A stretch of DNA of 64,000 nt from Carpediemonas membranifera BICM. Lineage: Eukaryota > Protista > Fornicata. Made by a program: the position numbers and the translations under genes. Where the stretch lies: the NCBI GenBank assembly GCA_019828565.1, contig JAHDYR010000030.1, forward strand, positions 1 to 64,000, given 5' to 3'. This document shows positions 9,176 through 22,282 of the stretch, piece by piece. How positions within the stretch are numbered: the stretch's first letter is position 1; every line of letters begins with the position of its first letter. The notes under the pieces were generated by a model. That model was not told the DNA's origin, made no database searches, and worked only from the letters and a program-made list of their open reading frames with translations.

Positions 9176-12100
9176 CTTCCTGCACAGGAAGATGCTTCCC
9201 CCGACCGACATGATCGTCAGGCACACCACTCGAGAGGCCTTCATCGACAACTCAGGCGTCAGCGTCGACGACAACACCAACGAGGTCGTCCGCAAGATGC
9301 TCAAGGTCAAAGACTGGATCAGGTTCGCCAACGCAGCGACCATGTACGCCAAGCGCAGCACCACCCGCGGCCCAGCCCTGCCCCCGCAAGCGCCTCATCC
9401 CCGTTGCTCCGAAGCTGAAGAAGACTAAGCGCAAGCAGACCAAGCGTAACCCCCGCAAGCCCGGCGCGAAGAGCAAGCCCAGAGTGAGACACATAGACAC
9501 GGCCTTCAGCGACGCAGAGCTCGAATCAGACGTCGAACTCGAGGCGCTGACCGACTATGAGTGCGAAGACAACGTCGCTGCCATTGGGTTCGAGCATCTC
9601 AACGCCACGTACCGCTCACTACACGAGCTGAATCTCACCCGCGTCCAGCGGAGCCTCGTACAGCGCTTCCGTCGCGACAACTTCTACCGCATCGAGAAAC
9701 AGAACGAGGTGCACGAGCTCGCCGCAGCAGGCATCATCAGCGCGGAGGAGACCACTGCCATTGACCAATGGGTGCAGGAGGCGTCAAGCAAAGACCCTGG
9801 CACAGTCATATCGATCATCAGCAACGACACCGACGCGGCGAAAGAACTCCTCGACACAGCAGAGGCCGAGGACGCCAACGAGGCAATCCAGACTATTCTC
9901 TCCCGCATCGAAGAAGCACGCCGCGCCCAAGAGCATCCTCCAGCCGCCCACAAGCCTGCCCAGCCCAAGACCACGACCAAGCGCAAGGACAAGCGGAAGC
10001 ACAAACGCAAGAACAAGCCCACCATCGTCTTCGACATGGGCTCTCCCGAGTCCCCGCCTACACCTGACTACAGCAAGGGAGACGCGACATACGCGCTCAC
10101 TGTCCAACACCGCCGTAAGTCCCGCGAGAGAACAGAGCCGCCCACGCCCACCATTCCGGTAGTCGAGCCTCCAACGCAGCCAGAGGACGAGATGGCCAGC
10201 AAGTGCCCGCTGCTCAACCCCAGAAAGATCACGACCCGGGACTACAGCAACGCTCGGCTCTACGACAACGACGGCGGTGGCGACTGCGCCATCTTTGCCC
10301 TCGCCATGCGCACCAAGGCGTTCTACGACTTCTTCATGTCGCTTGGCACCGGCGACGACGTGGATGGACGCGTCAAGGTCTTCCGGCAGCGGTTCAGGCA
10401 GTACTGCTGTGACTACAGAGACCCCCACTCCCTCATATTCCTCGGCTTTGCCCCCCGAGAGAGCTCACACGATCACGCTCGAGGGAACGTTCTTGAATAT
10501 TCCCACCGTGTGGGCTTTCTACTGTCACGAGTGCGGCATCAAGAACGACTCGCTGATTCTGTACAAGAATCAGAACACGATTGAGTACACCATCAGGCCT
10601 GCAGACGATGACCCCGACCGCCGCGTGCCCAAGTGCCAAGACGTCATCAACCCAGACAAGGCCATTCTCGCGACCGGCATCCGCTACAACGACGGCATTC
10701 ACTTTATGTGTGTCTTCCCCGAAGACGGGATCGAACGCCAGCTCGAGTACGTGGACTACTCGGCTGCAACGAGAGAAAGCGCCCTGAATCCAATCGAGAT
10801 CTCTGACGATGACGAGCCGCCGCAGCGCCCCCCTGCACCCCACCAACGCATAGCCATGAGACGTCCACCCCAGGCCAAGCCAGTGCCCGCCCCTCAGCCC
10901 GCGTCTCCTATTGTGCACGACATCGAGAGCATATCGATCAGCTCGCCCTCTGCCTCGCCGTCCTCGCAAGGATACGTGCCCCCAAAGCGTTTGCGGACTA
11001 CACCACCGCGCCGTATCCTCCCCAAGCGCTCGACTAGGGCCGCACCATCTCCCCTGAGAGAGTCAGCCCCCGCACCTGCCCGCAAGCTCGGCCGCCCTCG
11101 CTCTACCAAGTTCATCATCTACTCGGACAGCGAGGACGACGACGAACATCCCAAGAAGCCGAAGGGGTGCATCACACCGAAGAAGGAAGGACGGACTTGC
11201 TTCAATCGTAAGAACTATTAGTATCGAAGTGGCAGTGGCCACATGTAAATGATTAACGAACGTAGAATGGGTAGAGCGGGGGCTACGGTCGGCTGCGCCT
11301 CCCTCTGCCCCCCTGCACCCCCCGGAATTGAAGACGGGGGCTCATTCATTCCTCCGGCTTCGTTCGGCTTCGCTCCGCTCGGGCGCTCGTCGCTACGCTC
11401 CTCCCGCCCTCCGCTACGCTACGCCTCTCTACGCCTCCGTCACTCTCTGCCCCCCTGCGACCCCCCGCGGACTCCGCCCATGGCCTGTAACTCCGTCAGA
11501 TCACCCCACAAATTTTTTGAATCTCGGGCTGTGATTTACATATGAAAAAAATAAATACCCCCATCCTCCTCAGAGCATGTAATTATGTATTTTAGTGCGC
11601 ACCCGTGTTCTCTTCCATTCCATACGCGTCACTCTAGACGTATTCACTCACCATGGACACAAAAAGGCTCTATAAAAAAATTTGTTGAGGGCCTAAATCA
11701 AAAATCGGGGAAAAATAACGTTCCTACACGTACGCAACATGATACAGCAGTATACTCTGTTTAGCTCCAGCATCAATCCTTGAGGCCAGTAAAACCGGTC
11801 TTTGAACGCGGTTCGCCAGATTCGGATGGATATCGTGACTCAATCACACTGCGAGAGACTTTCAAAAATTCCAAATCCCGCAGCCCTGAAGCCTCAGGCC
11901 TCGTGCTGTACTGCACAAGAAGTTAGCGATCGCGACTTTTGTCCTATAACTATTTATGCATAATTCAATGTAAAGACGACGGAGTTGAATAGAGCTTAGG
12001 GCGGCGCCTCCGAGCTGACACGCACAGCTATCCAGAGAAGCAATCCGCAGCCCTGAACGCCGTCTGTAAGCATGTGCTCTGACCTCAAAGTCCAATTTTG

Positions 12101-12278
12101 AGGTCCCGTTTTTGAGCGGGAAAATTTAGTATAAAATATTTGCGTTGTCCCAGATTTCAATGCATGTTCGAAGGACCCCTGGGGTAGGCTACACGCTGCA
12201 TGTGTCGCCTTCCCTGGCAGGGGCCCAGGGTCCCGTACCGGGACCCCCCAAAAATCCGCAATACCTTACCATAACTTA
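9176..12278 (+). mobile_element. Telomeric array unit 3 (subfamily B, OTU-like ORF)
   Basis: Near-identical to 30017-33118 and ends in the conserved tail. Confidence 0.8.
9192..11221 (+). CDS. OTU-like cysteine protease-domain protein (copy with two C-run frameshifts, probably read errors)
   Basis: ORF pieces 9192-9428, 9484-10584 and 10277-11221 join into the protein encoded at 30033-32061. Confidence 0.65.
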
Positions 12279-14026
12279 GGTTCGAATCCCTCCTGGCACA
12301 TCCTTTTTTTGGACCTCGGCCATATCTCAGTCAATATTGGTCGTCATGCCTTGCAACTGCCCAGATTAGCTTGGCTAGCCCTAAAGAACACATGGCAGTC
12401 AGATTTATTCAAGTTGTTTGGACATGACGAACGCTAAGCCGTTCAGGACTGAGCCACTGGCGCCGAGCGCAAACAGCGCATCCACGACCGCCCAATAGCG
12501 GTCCGGGTTCTGGACAGCACCTTGGCGCGCTGGAGTGCCTTGTGCATGACCTGGGACGGTACAGCAGCCGCAGCGCCCCCTGCACCCCACCAACGCATAG
12601 CCATGAGATGTCCACCCCAGGCCAAGCCAGTGCCCGCCCCTCAGCCCGCGTCTCCTATTGTGCACGACATCGAGAGCATATCGATCAGCTCGCCCTCTGC
12701 CTCGCCGTCCTCGCAAGGATACGTGCCCCCAAAGCGTTTGCGGACTACACCACCGCGCCGTATCCTCCCCAAGCGCTCGACTAGGGCCGCACCATCTCCC
12801 CTGAGAGAGTCAGCCCCCGCACCTGCCCGCAAGCTCGGCCGCCCTCGCTCTACCAAGTTCATCATCTACTCGGACAGCGAGGACGACGACGAACATCCCA
12901 AGAAGCCGAAGGGGTGCATCACACCGAAGAAGGAAGGACGGACTTGCTTCAATCGTAAGAACTATTAGTATCGAAGTGGCAGTGGCCACATGTAAATGAT
13001 TAACGAACGTAGAATGGGTAGAGCGGGGGCTACGGTCGGCTGCGCCTCCCTCTGCCCCCCTGCACCCCCCCGGAATTGAAGACGGGGGCTCCGTCGTTCC
13101 TCCGGCTTCGTTCGGCTTCGCTCCGCTCCGGGCGCTCGTCGCGTTGCTCCTCCCGCCCTCCGCTACGCTACGCCTCTCTACGCCTCCGTCACTCTCTCTG
13201 CCCCCCTGCGACCCCCCGCGGACTCCGCCCATGGCCTGTAACTACGTCAGATCACCCCACAAATTTTTGAATCTCGGGCTGTGATTTACATATGAAAAAA
13301 TAAATACCCCCATCCTCCTCAGAGCATGTAATTATGTATTGTAGTGCGCACCCGTGTTCTCTTCCATTCCATACGCGTCACTCTAGACGTATTCACTCAC
13401 CATGGACACAAAAAGGCTCTATAAAAATTTGTTGAGGGCCTAAATCAAAAATCGGGGAAAATAACGTTCCTACACGTACGCAACATGATACAGCAGTATA
13501 CTCTGTTTAGCTCCAGCATCAATCCTTGAGGCCAGTAAAACCGGTCTTTGAACGCGGTTCGCCAGATTCGGATGGATATCGTGACTCAATCACACTGCGA
13601 GAGACTTTCAAAAATTCCAAATCCAGCAGCCCGGAAGCCTCAGGCCTCGTGCTGTACTGCACAAGAAGTTAGCGATCGCGACTTTTGTCCTATAACTATT
13701 TATGCATAATTCAATGTAAAGACGACGGAGTTGAATAGAGCTTAGGGCGGCGCCTCCGAGCTGACACGCACAGCTATCCAGAGAAGCAATCCGCAGCCCT
13801 GAACGCCGTCTGTAAGCATGTGCTCTGACCTCAAAGTCCAATTTTGAGGTCCCGTTTTTGAGCGGGAAAATTTAGTATAAAATATTTGCGTTGTCCCAGA
13901 TTTCAATGCATGTTCGAAGGACCCCTGGGGTAGGCTACACGCTGCATGTGTCGCCTTCCCTGGCAGGGGCCCAGGGGTCCCGTACCGGGACCCCCCAAAA
14001 TCCGCAATACCTTACCATAACTTACA
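12279..14026 (+). mobile_element. Telomeric array unit 4 (subfamily A, truncated inside the tRNA-like module)
   Basis: Begins at GGTTCGAATCCC and ends in the tail CTTACA. Confidence 0.8.
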
Positions 14027-17000
14027 GGCCCCATAGAGCACATTTCACTCTTCACCTCGCTGAAACCATGGTCAAGTTGATCCAGCCACGTCGCTCAGCT
14101 TCAATCACGCAAGGCGAGCGGACAACGAGTAGACCACACCCAGATGGAGGCTGAATCGCGACATGTGCGCTCTACAGCTGTCTATAGGCCCGCACGCATA
14201 CATGGGTGCGAAGTCCCAGCCCTCCAATGTCACGTATTGACGAGGTCGTAAAAGCATATCTTTACTCAATCTTTTGACCTCAAGTCGTGGACTGCCCGGG
14301 GGTAGTTCGGGGCGCTGAACACGCTGGTGAAGTCCCCTATGCTCCATCTCCGCCCCATCACCGCCAAATTCCGAGGATCGAATTCCGCGACTCAAACCCA
14401 GAGTTGCAGACCTCAGCGTTCACAACCACCCCCGGCTAGACACGTTCTAGGCCCCATAGAGCACATTTCACTCTTCATCTCGCTGAAACCATGGTCAAGT
14501 TGATCCAGCCACGTCGCTCAGCTTCAATCACGCAAGGCGAGCGGACAACGAGTAGACCACACCCAGATGGAGGCTGAATCGCGACATGTGCGCTCTACAG
14601 CTGTCTATAAGCCCGCACGCATACATGGGTGCGAAGTCCCAGCCCTCCAATGTCACGTATTGACGAGGTCGTCAAAGCATATCTTTACGCAATCTTTTGA
14701 CCTCAAGTCGTGGACTGCCCGGGGGTAGTTCGGGGCGCTGAACACGCTGGTGAAGTCCCCTATGCTCCATCTCCGCCCCATCACCGCCAAATTCCGAGGA
14801 TCGAATTCCGCGACTCAAACCCAGAGTTGCAGACCTCAGCGTTCACAACCACCCCCGGCTAGACACGTTCTAGGCCCCATAGAGCACATTTCACTCTTCA
14901 TCTCGCTGAAACCATGGTCAAGTTGATCCAGCCACGTCGCTCAGCTTCAATCACGCAAGGCGAGCGGACAACGAGTAGACCACACCCAGATGGAGGCTGA
15001 ATCGCGACATGTGCGCTCTACAGCTGTCTATAGGCCCGCACGCATACATGGGTGCGAAGTCCCAGCCCTCAAATGTCACGTATTGACGAGGTCGTAAAAG
15101 CATATCTTTACTCAATCTTTTGACCTCAAGTCGTGGACTGCCCGGGGGTAGTTCGGGGCGCTGAACACGCTGGTGAAGTCCCCTATGCTCCATCTCCGCC
15201 CCATCACCGCCAAATTCCGAGGATCGAATTCCGCGACTCAAACCCAGAGTTGCAGACCTCAGCGTTCACAACCACCCCCGGCTAGACACGTTCTAGGCCC
15301 CATAGAGCACATTTCACTCTTCACCTCGCTGAAACCATGGTCAAGTTGATCCAGCCACGTCGCTCAGCTTCAATCACGCAAGGCGAGCGGACAACGAGTA
15401 GACCACACCCAGATGAAGGCTGAATCGCGACATGTGCGCTCTACAGCTGTCTATAGGCCCGCACGCATACATGGGTGCGAAGTCCCAGCCCTCCAATGTC
15501 ACGTATTGACGAGGTCGTCAAAGCATATCTTTACGCAATCTTTTGACCTCAAGTCGTGGACTGCCCGGGGGTAGTTCGGGGCGCTGAACACGCTGGTGAA
15601 GTCCCCTATGCTCCATCTCCGCCCCATCACCGCCAAATCCCGGGGATCGAATTCCGCGACTCAAACCCAGAGTTGCAGACCTCAGCGTTCACAACCACCC
15701 CCGGCTAGACACGTTCTAGGCCCCATAGAGCACATTTCACTCTTCACCTCGCTGAAACCATGGTCAAGTTGATCCAGTCACGTCGCTCAGCTTCAATCAC
15801 GCAAGGCGAGCGGACAACGAGTAGACCACACCCAGATGGAGGCTGAATCGCGACATGTGCGCTCTACAGCTGTCTATAGGCCCGCACGCATACATGGGTG
15901 CGAAGTCCCAACCCTCCAATGTCACGTATTGACGAGGTCGTCAAAGCATATCTTTACTCAATCTTTTTGACCTCAAGTCGTGGACTGCCCGGGGGTAGTT
16001 CGGGGCGCTGAACACGCTGGTGAAGTCCCCTATGCTCCATCTCCGCCCCATCTCCGCCTGGCCAGATCATGATGCGTCAATTGTCACATATCTGGAAGTC
16101 AAGTCTGTTGTAACGCGTCAGGTTTGAGCCATGGTGTAGATGGTATAGCAGATGTTGGTGAATACAAGAGGTGGTAGGTTCGAATCCCTCCTGGCACATC
16201 CTTTTTTTGGACCTCGGCCATATCTCAGTCAATATTGGTCGTCATGCCTTGCAACTGCCCAGATTAGCTTGACTAGCCCTAAAGAACACATGGCAGTCAG
16301 ATTTATTCAAGTTGTTTGGACATGACGAACGCTAAGCCGTTCAGGACTGAGCCACTGGCGCCGAGCGCAAACAGCGCATCCACGACCGCCCAATAGCGGT
16401 CCGGGTTCTTGGACAGCACCTTGGCGCGCTGGAGTGCCTTGTGCATGACCTGGGACGGTACAGCAGCCGCAGCGCCCCCCTGCACCCCACCAACGCATAG
16501 CCATGAGATGTCCACCCCAGGCCAAGCCAGTGCCCGCCCCTCAGCCCGCGTCTCCTATTGTGCACGACATCGAGAGCATATCGATCAGCTCGCCCTCTGC
16601 CTCGCCGTCCTCGCAAGGATACGTGCCCCCAAAGCGTTTGCGGACTACACCACCGCGCCGTATCCTCCCCAAGCGCTCGACTAGGGCCGCACCATCTCCC
16701 CTGAGAGAGTCAGCCCCCGCACCTGCCCGCAAGCTCGGCCGCCCTCGCTCTACCAAGTTCATCATCTACTCGGACAGCGAGGACGACGACGAACATCCCA
16801 AGAAGCCGAAGGGGTGCATCACACCGAAGAAGGAAGGACGGACTTGCTTCAATCGTAAGAACTATTAGTATCGAAGTGGCAGTGGCCACATGTAAATGAT
16901 TAACGAACGTAGAATGGGTAGAGGCAGGGGCTACGGTCGGCTGCGCCTCCCTCTGCCCCCCTGCACCCCCCGGAATTGAAGACGGGGGGCTCCATTCATT

Positions 17001-17927
17001 CCTCCGGCTTCGTTCGGCTTCGCTCCGCTCGGGCGCTCGTCGCGTTGCTCCTCCCGCCCTCCGCTACGCTACGCCTCTCTACGCCTCCGTCACTCTCTCT
17101 GCCCCCCTGCGACCCCCCGCGGACTCCGCCCATGGCCTGTAACTACGTCAGATCACCCCACAAATTTTTGAATCTCGGGCTGTGATTTACATATGAAAAA
17201 ATAAATACCCCCATCCTCCTCAGAGCATGTAATTATGTATTGTAGTGCGCACCCGTGTTCTCTTCCATTCCATACGCGTCACTCTAGACGTATTCACTCA
17301 CCATGGACACAAAAAGGCTCTATAAAAAATTTGTTGAGGGCCTAAATCAAAAATCGGGGAAAATAACGTTCCTACACGTACGCAACATGATACAGCAGTA
17401 TACTCTGTTTAGCTCCAGCATCAATCCTTGAGGCCAGTAAAACCGGTCTTTGAACGCGGTTCGCCAGATTCGGATGGATATCGTGACTCAATCACACTGC
17501 GAGAGACTTTCAAAAATTCCAAATCCAGCAGCCCGGAAGCCTCAGGCCTCGTGCTGTACTGCACAAGAAGTTAGCGATCGCGACTTTTGTCCTATAACTA
17601 TTTATGCATAATTCAATGTAAAGACGACGGAGTTGAATAGAGCTTAGGGCGGCGCCTCCGAGCTGACACGCACAGCTATCCAGAGAAGCAATCCGCAGCC
17701 CTGAACGCCGTCTGTAAGCATGTGCTCTGACCTCAAAGTCCAATTTTGAGGTCCCGTTTTTGAGCGGGAAAATTTAGTATAAAATATTTGCGTTGTCCCA
17801 GATTTCAATGCATGTTCGAAGGACCCCTGGGGTAGGCTACACGCTGCATGTGTCGCCTTCCCTGGCAGGGGCCCAGGGGTCCCGTACCGGGACCCCCCAA
17901 AATCCGCAATACCTTACCATAACTTAC
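14027..17927 (+). mobile_element. Telomeric array unit 5 (subfamily A)
   Basis: About 4.8 monomers, A segment, shared 3' region, followed by (CTTAC)3. Confidence 0.8.
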
Positions 17928-17940
17928 CTTACCTTACCTT

Positions 17941-20900
17941 ACTCTTCATCTCGCTGAAACCATGGTCAAGTTGATCCAGCCACGTCGCTCAGCTTCAATC
18001 ACGCAAGGCGAGCGGACAACGAGTAGACCACACCCAGATGGAGGCTGAATCGCGACATGTGCGCTCTACAGCTGTCTATAGGCCCGCACGCATACATGGG
18101 TGCGAAGTCCCAGCCCTCCAATGTCACGTATTGACGAGGTCGTCAAAGCATATCTTTACGCAATCTTTTGACCTCAAGTCGTGGACTGCCCGGGGGTAGT
18201 TCGGGGCGCTGAACACGCTGGTGAAGTCCCCTATGCTCCATCTCCGCCCCATCACCGCCAAATCCCGGGGATCGAATTCCGCGACTCAAACCCAGAGTTG
18301 CAGACCTCAGCGTTCACAACCACCCCCGGCTAGACACGTTCTAGGCCCCATAGAGCACATTTCACTCTTCACCTCGCTGAAACCATGGTCAAGTTGATCC
18401 AGCCACGTCGCTCAGCTTCAATCACGCAAGGCGAGCGGACAACGAGTAGACCACACCCAGATGGAGGCTGAATCGCGACATGTGCGCTCTACAGCTGTCT
18501 ATAGGCCCGCACGCATACATGGGTGCGAAGTCCCAGCCCTCAAATGTCACGTATTGACGAGGTCGTAAAAGCATATCTTTACTCAATCTTTTGACCTCAA
18601 GTCGTGGACTGCCCGGGGGTAGTTCGGGGCGCTGAACACGCTGGTGAAGTCCCCTATGCTCCATCTCCGCCCCATCACCGCCAAATCCCGGGGATCGAAT
18701 TCCGCGACTCAAACCCAGAGTTGCAGACCTCAGCGTTCACAACCACCCCCGGCTAGACACGTTCTAGGCCCCATAGAGCACATTTCACTCTTCACCTCGC
18801 TGAAACCATGGTCAAGTTGATCCAGCCACGTCGCTCAGCTTCAATCACGCAAGGCGAGCGGACAACGAGTAGACCACACCCAGATGAAGGCTGAATCGCG
18901 ACATGTGCGCTCTACAGCTGTCTATAAGCCCGCACGCATACATGGGTGCGAAGTCCCAGCCCTCCAATGTCACGTATTGACGAGGTCGTCAAAGCATATC
19001 TTTACGCAATCTTTTGACCTCAAGTCGTGGACTGCCCGGGGGTAGTTCGGGGCGCTGAACACGCTGGTGAAGTCCCCTATGCTCCATCTCCGCCCCATCA
19101 CCGCCAAATCCCGGGGATCGAATTCCGCGACTCAAACCCAGAGTTGCAGACCTCAGCGTTCACAACCACCCCCGGCTAGACACGTTCTAGGCCCCATAGA
19201 GCACATTTCACTCTTCACCTCGCTGAAACCATGGTCAAGTTGATCCAGTCACGTCGCTCAGCTTCAATCACGCAAGGCGAGCGGACAACGAGTAGACCAC
19301 ACCCAGATGAAGGCTGAATCGCGACATGTGCGCTCTACAGCTGTCTATAGGCCCGCACGCATACATGGGTGCGAAGTCCCAGCCCTCCAATGTCACGTAT
19401 TGACGAGGTCGTCAAAGCATATCTTTACTCAATCTTTTGACCTCAAGTCGTGGACTGCCCGGGGGTAGTTCGGGGCGCTGAACACGCTGGTGAAGTCCCC
19501 TATGCTCCATCTCCGCCCCATCTCCGCCTGGCCAGATCATGATGCGTCAATTGTCACATATCTGGAAGTCAAGTCTGTTGTAACGCGTCAGGTTTGAGCC
19601 ATGGTGTAGATGGTATAGCAGATGTTGGTGAATACAAGAGGTGGTAGGTTCGAATCCCTCCTGGCACATCCTTTTTTTGGACCTCGGCCATATCTCAGTC
19701 AATATTGGTCGTCATGCCTTGCAACTGCCCAGATTAGCTTGACTAGCCCTAAAGAACACATGGCAGTCAGATTTATTCAAGTTGTTTGGACATGACGAAC
19801 GCTAAGCCGTTCAGGACTGAGCCACTGGCGCCGAGCGCAAACAGCGCATCCACGACCGCCCAATAGCGGTCCGGGTTCTTGGACAGCACCTTGGCGCGCT
19901 GGAGTGCCTTGTGCATGACCTGGGACGGTACAGCAGCCGCAGCGCCCCCCTGCACCCCACCAACGCATAGCCATGAGATGTCCACCCCAGGCCAAGCCAG
20001 TGCCCGCCCCTCAGCCCGCGTCTCCTATTGTGCACGACATCGAGAGCATATCGATCAGCTCGCCCTCTGCCTCGCCGTCCTCGCAAGGATACGTGCCCCC
20101 AAAGCGTTTGCGGACTACACCACCGCGCCGTATCCTCCCCAAGCGCTCGACTAGGGCCGCACCATCTCCCCTGAGAGAGTCAGCCCCCGCACCTGCCCGC
20201 AAGCTCGGCCGCCCTCGCTCTACCAAGTTCATCATCTACTCGGACAGCGAGGACGACGACGAACATCCCAAGAAGCCGAAGGGGTGCATCACACCGAAGA
20301 AGGAAGGACGGACTTGCTTCAATCGTAAGAACTATTAGTATCGAAGTGGCAGTGGCCACATGTAAATGATTAACGAACGTAGAATGGGTAGGCAGGGGCT
20401 ACGGTCGGCTGCGCCTCCCTCTGCCCCCCTGCACCCCCCGGAATTGAAGACGGGGGGGCTCCGTTCGTTCCTCCGGCTTCGTTCGGCTTCGCTCCGCTCC
20501 GGGCGCTCGTCGCGTTGCTCCTCCCGCCCTCCGCTACGCTACGCCTCTCTACGCCTCCGTCACTCTCTCTGCCCCCCTGCGACCCCCCGCGGACTCCGCC
20601 CATGGCCTGTAACTACGTCAGATCACCCCACAAATTTTTGAATCTCGGGCTGTGATTTACATATGAAAAAATAAATACCCCCATCCTCCTCAGAGCATGT
20701 AATTATGTATTGTAGTGCGCACCCGTGTTCTCTTCCATTCCATACGCGTCACTCTAGACGTATTCACTCACCATGGACACAAAAAGGCTCTATAAAAAAT
20801 TTGTTGAGGGCCTAAATCAAAAATCGGGGAAAATAACGTTCCTACACGTACGCAACATGATACAGCAGTATACTCTGTTTAGCTCCAGCATCAATCCTTG

Positions 20901-21398
20901 AGGCCAGTAAAACCGGTCTTTGAACGCGGTTCGCCAGATTCGGATGGATATCGTGACTCAATCACACTGCGAGAGACTTTCAAAAATTCCAAATCCAGCA
21001 GCCCGGAAGCCTCAGGCCTCGTGCTGTACTGCACAAGAAGTTAGCGATCGCGACTTTTGTCCTATAACTATTTATGCATAATTCAATGTAAAGACGACGG
21101 AGTTGAATAGAGCTTAGGGCGGCGCCTCTGAGCTGACACGCACAGCTATCCAGAGAAGCAATCCGCAGCCCTGAACGCCGTCTGTAAGCATGTGCTCTGA
21201 CCTCAAAGTCCAATTTTGAGGTCCCGTTTTTGAGCGGGAAAATTTAGTATAAAATATTTGCGTTGTCCCAGATTTCAATGCATGTTCGAAGGACCCCTGG
21301 GGTAGGCTACACGCTGCATGTGTCGCCTTCCCTGGCAGGGGCCCAGGGGTCCCGTACCGGGACCCCCCAAAATCCGCAATACCTTACCATAACTTACA
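17941..21398 (+). mobile_element. Telomeric array unit 6 (subfamily A)
   Basis: Starts at ACTCTTCATCTCG and ends in the tail CTTACA. Confidence 0.8.
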
Positions 21399-22282
21399 GT
21401 CGCTCAGCTTCAATCACGCAAGGCGAGCGGACAACGAGTAGACCACACCCAGATGAAGGCTGAATCGCGACATGTGCGCTCTACAGCTGTCTATAGGCCC
21501 GCACGCATACATGGGTGCGAAGTCCCAGTGTGGTTTGGAAGAGAAAGAGTTTACGAGTAAAAAGAGGTTTGGACCCTCCCAGGGATATTGGTAGATATTA
21601 ATACTGACTACACTTCCCCCCCATGGCCAAGCAGTCGCGCGGCCATCACCACAACCAACATCTGGTATTACGTGGGGCTAGAGCCACCAATCGAACTTGG
21701 GATTACGCTCGCTCATGCCGAACCACTATTGGAATTATCGACGGGATAACGACAACCAACTTCTGGGATTACGTCTTATTGCAACCTCCAGGTGAGGTAT
21801 TATGCGTAGTAAGGTGTGACCGAAAGATTCGAGGATGATATCAAAAAGATTCGGAAAAGATCTATGCAGCGCTGCTAATTAAGATATGGGTTCAGGAGCT
21901 CCTGTATAAGTATAAAAAGGACGTACCACAGCCCCGCCCCCTCGCGGGCACTCTGGGGCTCGCGCTCGACTCGGGAATTCTGGCCCCGAGCATTTTTAGG
22001 CATTTCGCCATCGCTCATACAGAAAGTTCTGGTACGTTGGGCTGATCCGCCCCATTCTTACACAGTGCCCGAAAAAGGGGTTTTCGAGCCCCAATTCGGC
22101 TTCGTTGGCGAGTTCTGACTCTTTTTGTTCTGCGCTGTACCGAAAGTTAACCAACATCATAAGCACTGCTCCACGGACGGTAGAAGTCTCGTGGACTGTG
22201 TTTGAGATATAAATATTGTGAATAGTCCGTCATGGGGATCACTATGGGCACTTCCATTCGTCATTTGGGAAAAGTGCAGGAT

